A DNA stretch of 64,000 nucleotides from Octopus vulgaris (lineage: Eukaryota). Positions 54,581-64,000 of this stretch are shown here, in pieces. The translations under genes were made by a program, and so were the position numbers. Under the pieces are notes generated by a model. It made no database searches and was not told the origin of the DNA. It was given only the letters and a program-made list of their open reading frames with translations. Numbering within the stretch: the first letter of the stretch is position 1; every line of letters starts with the position of its first letter. The stretch lies in assembly GCA_951406725.2 (NCBI GenBank), contig OX597826.1:15500001-15564000 (forward strand). The letters are read 5' to 3'.

Positions 54581-57246
54581 ATTTGAAAGGTTGGGGTATT
54601 TAACTCTCAGCCATTGTTTCCGTGACTTTTGAAGAACTGGAAGTGAGAATGCCAGATCCATATTTAAAAGGGTCAAAGTGGTTCCTTTCATGTGAACACA
54701 GTTTTCTAGAGGAGAAGAAATATGGTAATTTTAAAGTATATGTCTTTTCGAAGAATATCAGGTCAAACGTGATGTCAGAAGACTTCCTATTAGAAATCGA
54801 AACCTCATACCAGGTACTATTCAACATTTATCAACCTCTTGCTCTACAACGTTTCTGATATTTAGGCGTGTATTGATTAGTACAAAAAGAGAGATTAATT
54901 AATATTATTAAAGTTTTTGAAGCCAGCCGAAGTCAAACAACATAACGCAGTTGTTTATTTAGTTTCTATTTTTCTTTTACAACTTTAGAATAATTCATTA
55001 GTTAAAGATTCAGCGACAACATAACATTTTGGACTTTCCTCTGCATTTTTAGTTTATTTCTCTTTTACTATGTTTCATTTTATTGAACTTGAACAAATAT
55101 TTGAAATTAGCACATCGACCAAGAAACCTATTCTAATGCAGGAAGTCGGCTTGGGAAAAACACCTTACTTTGTCAATAAATTTCCTTGTCTTTGATCTAG
55201 TGAAATTAACAACAAGAATTTCTAATTACTTTTGTTCCATACTATGTAAACATTAAAGAACGCAGATTTTGTATATACGTTTATATGTATTTGTATACAA
55301 TTTGTGTGAATATCGAAGTGTATGTGTATGCGTAGGTGTTTATATGAGAAGAGCATAAGATACACACTGAAGTATTGCATCTATTATAAGCGAAGGAGAA
55401 ACAAACTAATAAATAAACAAGAAATAAATCAAATCTCGATAAAATGAAGAATAAATTGATTGATGTGCTGTGAATAAGTCATGGAAAATGTGCTGTGGTG
55501 ACGGAGTTTAAGATACAAGTGGGAACAACTTAAAATAAGTTAGCCCAACCTAGAGAAATTTCGGTCAAATCTAAATGAACGTTGGCAAATGCAAGTGTGT
55601 TATAAGAATTATAATATCACGAGTAAGACCGGATTATAACAACACGAGTAAGACCATAAATATGTAATAAATCACCAAATGGCAAGAAACAGTATTCTAT
55701 TGCAACTCTTACTGCTGAATTATTAGATTATGCTTAATTCATTTACTATCGATATCACTCTGAAATATAGCACATATCTATATTAGTAATACTTAGAATT
55801 TTTTTGCGTATTCTCCCACAAATGATGACTTAAAGTGTCAAGAGGCCAAATTGAAGTGTAACGATATATTGGTTTCTACTGGTTGCTAGTCGTATTGCTC
55901 TCTTAACGTAAGTAATTTACTGTAACTAGTACAGACCTTAAGCCGTTCAATTCGAACAGTATCTTAGACCAGATCATGCGTTTATTCGTGTTTCAAGATA
56001 GATGTCGTTGTTTAACTCCCTCTCAAATCTAATATGATCAAATATATTTCTATCCGTGACCCTGGCGTATGTTTTGTGGATATTAGAACTACAGATCTAA
56101 TGTTTAATATTAAGTCGTTGTTTCTTTTAGGGTGTAGAGTGTGACTTCAGGAAGAGGTAATTGCTTTTCTAGGAGATCAAATGACCCCCAAATATATTTT
56201 TCCTCGACTCACTTTAATATAAAAAGTTATTTGTTGGGAGTATTTCACAATAAATTACTAAGCCTAATGAACGAATGCAGATAAAATTCAATTTATGGAT
56301 TTATAATCTTAAAATAAAATAAAAATTGAATCAAATGAATTTCTCATTTGTATAACTCGTCTTATAACAACTCTGTCATATGAACCTCCTTACAAATACA
56401 CTAACTAACAATATTCATATCAGAGCAGCGATATACTGTTTATGGGACAAAACTATTCGGTCACTACTAACATTACATGTATAAGAGCATACATTCACTA
56501 CTAACTTTACATAGCTTCAACATCGCCATCATACACCTGGAGTAATATGCATTGGTAGAAATCTATGACGTAGGACGAATAGGTACAATTATTAAAATAT
56601 GAGTACATACTCATATATGTACTCGTTAATTTAGTTCTATCACTGGATTATATTATAGTATGTTCCTGTCGGGATACATGAGCTGGTAAAGGTCAGGTGT
56701 ACTTCAGGTTGAATGTTTTATGATAAGCATTTGTAATATACATGTGAAATTGTTATGTTGTAGTAGTACAAGTAGAGTTAACAAATATTTCCGTTTAATT
56801 GCGTATTTAATGACAAAGCTTTAATGATAACAAATATTTACAAGAGAAAATAACATAAAAAAGAAACGAAAGTCTAGATGTAAACAAATGCTAATAATTG
56901 AATGCCACTTTAAATCACGAGCATTTAGACATATTAGTCTCACTAATTCTGTTTAACAATCAAAGGAAAGAGAGAAAGAATAGAATGTTTGCTGTTCAAC
57001 GAAGTAAATTATATGCTATTGAATGGTAGACTGGCGAGATGTTGAAAAAAAAAACGTTTTATGTAATACATTCGTTGTACTATTTCGTTATTCGTTTTTT
57101 ACCTTTGTGGTATTGGTTGCTTAGCAGATCAAAACTCGGATTACTCTGATATTAGAGTCCTTTTATCTTTATAATCTACTAACAAAAATGTCTATTAATC
57201 AGCTAGTTACTCACTGAAACAAGCAACGCTAACTTAAGTGTGTGTG

Positions 57247-57290
<44 letters not shown>

Positions 57291-57925
57291 CAATTTAATA
57301 AATAAAACACATGCATACATACGTACATATATATATATACATACCTACATCTATATGTATATATACATGCATATATGGCTACAGGACACCACAAAAAATA
57401 ACCTAGAACACAGTGAGAAACGAAAACATAAAAACAAAACATGGAAACGGACTTTTTTAAACAACGGAAAAACAGAGTACAAGACATACAACACAAGGAA
57501 CATTCCCCTATTTCAATATATATATATGTGTGTGTGTGTGTGTGTATATATATAGAGGCATGTATGTATGTATGCATGAATGTATGTATCTATCTGTTTT
57601 CCTGTCAATGAATCTATCTAGACTTATAGCTAGCAAACAATCTCTGAAAGATTATTTAAGCTAACATTCTCTCTCTCTGCCTCACTTTCTCCCTCTCTCT
57701 GCCTCACTTTCTCCCTCTCTCTCGCCCTCTCCACCTCTTCACTTAAACTTTGTTTAGCGTGACTTTGTATTGAACTGAATATTTTATATTTGACTCTGCT
57801 TTGAGTATTGAGTCTCGTCCTCTATCAAAGTTCGAATTTTGTAGATAATCGTAGCTTAAAATATTTTTTTCTCCAACAAACACGCACACACACAAGTATC
57901 TGTAACAAGTAAAAGATATGAATGC

Positions 57926-58018
<93 letters not shown>

Positions 58019-58119
58019 CATATATATATATATTTATATATATATATATGTATGATATGTATATATTGTATATTATATAAACACACACACATTCAAAAAC
58101 GTATATGTGTATATGTATG

Positions 58120-58164
<45 letters not shown>

Positions 58165-58472
58165 ACACACGTAAATACGCTAAGGTATATATGCATAGTA
58201 ATAAACACACATAGTTTTTGGTTCGTCCTATTATAGGACAATATTTCAATGAATAGTAAATCTTTTATCTGGGAAATAAAACTATTTTCGCCAGTTGGCA
58301 TTTGGAAAATCCTCAATAAATATTGATATTTTTTGATGGCACGAATTCACCAATTCCGATGCTTTGTTCAAATTTGCAAAGGCAGGAACATCATATTTCA
58401 CCGAGTGAGAAATAGTTGGATGCGTGTTCTATAATAGACTAATCGATTTTAGAATTGCTAATACCGCCATCC

Positions 58473-58675
58473 TTGAAGGTGACGATTTGGCAAAATTCTT
58501 AAAGCAGCTGACACAATGATTAGCAGCAATTCTTCTGACTGTACTTTCTGAGTTCAAATACCACCGAAGTCTAGTTTGTCTTTCAACCTTCGATGTAAAT
58601 AAGTACCTATTGAGTACTGGTGGTCGATGTAATCTATTCCAAAATTGCTGGCCTCGCGCCAAAATTTGATGCCAA
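58473..58675 (+). mobile_element. SINE family B, degenerate
   Basis: TTCTGAGTTCAAATACCACCGAAGTC..TTTGTCTTTCA..AATAAGTACC..GGTCGATGTAATC. Confidence 0.65.
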
Positions 58676-60317
58676 TATAATTATCCGTTAAACTCCAAAT
58701 ATATTCAGATAGTGAGGTGATGAGTTCGTATTCAGTTTACCCGAATGATAGAAAGAATATCTTCATAAGACATTGAGTGTATCATGCATATAGTTTTATT
58801 TTGCTGATATCACAAGAGATATTTTCTCCCAATAAAAAAGTATTTTGAATAGCAAACTGCGTTTGATAGCATTAAACATATTATTATCATCGAATTTTCA
58901 TAAAGGAGGAATGTTTCCGGGCTATGAACGAAGGTAACATTTTGGAAAAATGTTTGGCAAAAATATTAGCTCACAATAACAATGTTTATATTAGTTAGGA
59001 ACGACAAAAGCAGTATTAATAACAAAAAGTAGTCTTTATTTAGCAGGGATGTCTTGTTAGAAACTCGAATACTGCGTTATAAGTCGCGAGAGATCCTTTC
59101 ATATAGGCTAGCTTTCATACTCCCTCTGAAATGAATACCTGTCAATATACTGAACGATATATATCCAATATATATCATATAACTATCTGTCTTTTCTCTC
59201 ACCAGAATATATCTTTATTCCTCCTCTCAGTATTTACCCAACTTTGGATCTACCAGCATTCATTTTCATTTTCCTTTAATATGGATTACTGCATAATAAT
59301 TATTTCCCTTTTCTCACCATGCTGTACCACTTACCCATTTTTCCCATCATGGATTTATCTAGAGAGTAACATATCTAACTGAATTTAATTGAACATTCTT
59401 GGACATAAAAATATCATTGACGAAGAACATTCTTCCACTGTCTCACCTATATTTGTCTGATAAAGGAATTCCTAACTTACGGTGTCTTCGCTGGATACGA
59501 TGCACCAATTGCTGAGATATCCCTGAAAAACAGCTGTACTATTTTTACCAAACTAATAAAAGCGTGATGACTTTCAGTATTGTTTGCTGCCCATCTGTAA
59601 GAAATTATTGACCGGGTAATCTCAATACATGTCAACAGTTAGAAAAATGAACTGAGAAAAAAATCACTCCTCAAGAATATTTTGTTCTAATGAACATCCT
59701 AGAATTAGTTGCTCGTTTTTTTAGCCCATTTATTCATTTTTTAAAGATTAGTTGTAGAAAGGATCTACATTTTGTCTGCAGTACTTGATAACACATACGA
59801 TAACGATCGGTTGCAGATGATCAATATAGTAATGTTCAGACTAGCTTCAAATAAAACGAATAATTAATTCAGAAGGCGCAAGGAGTTCATTATTATTCAG
59901 TTGATGTTTAACATTATTCAATAAACTGGATTATTATACTGTTGAAAATAAAAAATAAAAATTGCTATTCTGAGATTACTAGCTATTTGTTTTCGAGACT
60001 CTGATTGACGAATTATACCCTTCACTTTTGAAAATCAGAAATTTCTATAGAATTTAGTTCTCTGAGCAGGATATTGACCATATAACAATTCACATAAAAC
60101 AAAAAAAATGAATATTAGTTATAACCATGCATATGGCATTAATTTACTTCATACATGGTACTCGGTATAGACACATACATATAAACTAGGAGGACCACAA
60201 ACACATATACATCAAACACGCACACATACACACAAACACACACGCACACACACATATATATGAGGGAGAGAGAGTAACAATGACGCAAAGAGAAAAACTA
60301 AAATTGGGTTTGATATG

Positions 60318-60374
<57 letters not shown>

Positions 60375-60375
<1 letters not shown>

Positions 60376-60780
60376 TAGCAGAGATATCCGGCGTTGCCCG
60401 TGTTACATGCAATTGAAGGATTAGACTTTTCTGTTATATTTTCTGTAAGGAACTGGAATATCTATGTTTCGAATTTCATCAACATTGCAAATGAGGGTTA
60501 TTTCCCTCTTTACGCACCCTAGAAAAAATTGTAATCGTACCACATGTATTCCATACTACTGATTTTTATGCGCATATTCCAAAATTCTAGTCTCATTGAA
60601 CCTGTTAAAAAGATTTTGCTCCTGAAAAATGAAGGTCATGGAGCTCTAAAATATGAGAATTAAGGCCCCTGTTGGTGGTGGGCATCTTAATGTCAACCAG
60701 AGTATCTTTTTAACTTGGGTCTTATATCTATTGTTTGAATTTCTTTGAAATAGGAAATACATGCTCACTGGGGTTGTAAA
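60375..60780 (-). mobile_element. Helitron-like element 3' terminus (inner boundary uncertain)
   Basis: Minus strand CGGGCAACGCCGG GC-rich hairpin-like motif ~11 nt before CTAG|T, abutting (TA)n. Confidence 0.62.
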
Positions 60781-61261
60781 AGAGAGCAAAGCTACAGGAA
60801 ATGAAAAGACGAATGATCACAATAAGCAGACAGCTATCCTACCCTAGTCGTTACCACTCCCAATGTAGGATTCCTCACGATCCAGGTGACGGGCACAGCC
60901 GTAAGATGCATTACACATCTATAGCAACTGGAAGGGCGTGACCCAACTGAAATAAACATTAACAACTGTGTGACGTGGGGGCTAAGGAGAAATGAAAGTG
61001 TCACCTCTGGCGTTTGCAAATGACCACTATATTGATACGTAACTGGACAAAGCCTAGCGCTTTTTTATGTTGATAAGCCTGGTACTTATTCCATTAGTTT
61101 GTTGTTGCGAAACCAGTAAGTTATGAGGATATAAATAAATAAACAGCAGTTTTGAAGCAGTGATGAGGGCAAAACACAGAGACAAAGACACACACATACA
61201 CTAACATATATACATACATATATGTACACGATTGATTTGTTTCAGTTCATGTCTACGAAAT

Positions 61262-61324
<63 letters not shown>

Positions 61325-61397
61325 GAGTAAACACATAAATGTGAAACAAGGTGGAAAAAAGAGTACTCAAATACCAGTGGTAGAGTAATATGGTTTA

Positions 61398-61553
61398 TTT
61401 AAAGCAGCAGAAAATTCAACAAAACCTGTTATTCTGAGTTTCACGTTGCCGTTCGTCGGACAGTTTTTGCTAGAATTCTAGCAAAAACTGTCCGATAAAC
61501 GGCAACGTGAAACTCAGAGTAACATGTTTTGTTGAATTTTCTGCTGCTTTAAA
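61398..61553. repeat. 156-bp near-perfect palindrome of two head-to-head HHR-bearing arms
   Basis: Centre GCTAGAATTCTAGC at 61475/61476; 78-bp arms with 4 mismatches by eye; HHR-like motifs at 61426-61463 (-) and 61488-61525 (+). Confidence 0.92.
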
Positions 61554-61556
61554 AAA

Positions 61557-61632
<76 letters not shown>

Positions 61633-61699
61633 AAATATACGTACGTATGTATACACACACACAAAGATACCACTGAGTGGGCAAACAAAAATATGAGAC

Positions 61700-61846
61700 A
61701 CTGCCTACGTCTTTTTGTTATTTTGATAAGCCTGGTACTTTTTCTATCACTTTCTTCTTGTGAAACCAATAAGTTATGGGAATGTAAATAAACGAAAACC
61801 AGTTGTGTAGCAGATGAGGGAGAAACACAATACATATATATATATT

Positions 61847-61878
<32 letters not shown>

Positions 61879-62033
61879 TTGATTTCTATATGTTTCTATC
61901 TACAATTCCACTGACAAGGCTTTGGTTGGTCTAAGGCTAGTAGAAGACACATGCCAAGTTACCACACAGTGGGACTGAACTGAGGACCATGTGGTTGGAA
62001 CCAAGTTTGTTACCACACAGCCACACCTGCACC
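61700..62033 (-). mobile_element. SINE family A copy (a second partial copy lies at ~61040-61262)
   Basis: ACAAGGCTTTGGTTGG...CACACAGTGGGACTGAAC..GACCATGTGGTTGG..TTACCACACAGCCAC. Confidence 0.75.
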
Positions 62034-62388
62034 TATGTATGTGTGTGTGTGTTTTGGGTGTGTATTTATGTATGGGTGTATATATGTAAGCATGTATATA
62101 TGTGTACCTATTACATGTACATCTATATATATATATATACGTCTACACATACAAGTATACATATACATCTATAAATATACAAGTATACATATACAGCTAT
62201 ACATATACAAATATACATATACAGCTATACATATACATGTATACATATACATCTATATATACACATGTATATATATATATATATATCCATAAATATACAT
62301 GTATATATATACATCCATATATATATACATCTATATCTATACATCTACCAAGTGTTTTCTATATTGAGAATCACTGGATTTCATCTAT

Positions 62389-62441
<53 letters not shown>

Positions 62442-63128
62442 ATATATATACATATATATACATATGAAGGCTGTTTGCAATTGGATGAACCTAATAATAT
62501 GCAGGCATATACGAAATAAATCAAACCAATTATACATAGGATAAAATGTCTTCTTTGAATTATGTAATTTCTTAAGCAATAAAATGAAAAAACTATAGTC
62601 GTTGAATATTAATTACTTTCAACGAGGAAATATTTAATTTATTTTCGTGATGTAAACGTGCTGCAGTTATAAGGATCTGAAATGTGATGATATAAATACT
62701 CCAGAGAATTTATAGCGCATTTGGACGAAAGCAAATTTCGCATCGAATCAAAAGCCGATCATGGACTCGAATGTTCAAGGTGTTAAATTTTACATCGCAG
62801 AGCTAATTACGTATTTATTGTAAACACAAAACGCATATCATACATAAATTTATAGAATAGGAGATTAAGACCCGGCAAATGAGTGCTCAAGATATACATT
62901 ACTGAATCCATTTCCTTTTGCGTTCTCTAAAATATTATGATTCGACTCACAGAACATCTGTAGCGATATCATTGAAACCACCAGGGAATATACATACGCC
63001 TACTTAAATATACTCACAGTCACTTATATGCGTGCACACACGTGTGCTCAGAGAGAGAGAGAGAGAGAGGGAGATAGAGGAATAGTAAGAAAGAGAGAGG
63101 GAGATACACACACAGGTACAAATATGAA

Positions 63129-63160
<32 letters not shown>

Positions 63161-63472
63161 CAAATATGTATGTATGTATACACACATACACACACACACA
63201 TATATATATATATACATATACACACACATGTATATATACATATGCATACACACATACGCCCATAAATGAAGTGAACATTCCACTCACATACAATGGTCTA
63301 AACATTTTGATATAAGTGAATTAGAAAATCATTTCACTGACGTGAAATTATCTTTTTATCGCTCGCACTCGTGGGATATATCAGAAACAAATTACATTCT
63401 CTTTATAATAATCGATTTATTTAATATAAACACATAGAATTCAGCATATGTGCGTATGTGTCTGTGGACTGC

Positions 63473-63535
<63 letters not shown>

Positions 63536-63931
63536 CTGTGTGTGTGTCTGTGCGTGTGCGTGCGTGTGCGTGCGTGTGCGTGTGTGTGTGTATGTTTGTA
63601 TGCGGTTGTAGTTAAGTAAAACACAACGTTGCATTCAAAACCCTTCCTTTGTCGTTCGATAGCAAGTATATAACACAAACATATTTATGTCTTTATGTAT
63701 GTATATGTGTGTATGTTTATAAGTATAAATCAATATATATATATATATATATAATAATAAATATTAGGGAATAAATCCAAATTTACAGGGAAAAAATCAG
63801 ATTTAGGATTAAATCCAATTTTATAGTAAAATATTATAAAATATTATTTGAGACAAAACCACTATTTTGCAAAACAAACAAGGAAAGACTTAATCAATAC
63901 ATAAAATTTTAATAAATAGTCAAAAAAACCG

Positions 63932-63974
63932 CCACTACAATTGTTTCTTGTCTTGATCGACAATCTTCAGGTGG
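63932..63974 (-). ncRNA. Type I hammerhead ribozyme in a PLE-like element (63755 to window end)
   Basis: Minus strand: ccac CTGAAGA ttgtc gatcaa gacaa GAAA caattg TA^ gtgg; perfect stems I and II, palindromic stem III. Confidence 0.85.
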
Positions 63975-64000
63975 ACTTCCAATCTAAAATATCAATATTT

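Overview
AT-rich, microsatellite-dense eukaryotic non-coding DNA. It is most likely from an octopus; this is inferred from the recurring tRNA-derived SINE families and the (TA)n/(TAA)n/(GATA)n landscape. I found no host protein-coding exon, and almost all listed ORFs are microsatellite read-through. The window is a mosaic of decayed transposable elements: Tx1/L1, RTE, R4/Dong and CR1-like LINE fragments, one near-complete degenerate Ty3/Gypsy element, Tc1/mariner remnants, a Helitron 3' end, many SINEs and a 29-bp minisatellite. The most striking signal is about 14 type I hammerhead-ribozyme (HHR) motifs. They sit in short non-coding cassettes inserted in (TA)n tracts and are arranged as tandem or inverted repeats, as expected for Penelope-like (PLE) or retrozyme-like elements. 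The best example is a 492-493 bp tandem unit at 42.7-43.7 kb with an intact-looking HHR in each copy. A Penelope RT fragment lies at 48 kb. All folds and alignments were done by eye and need computational and experimental confirmation.
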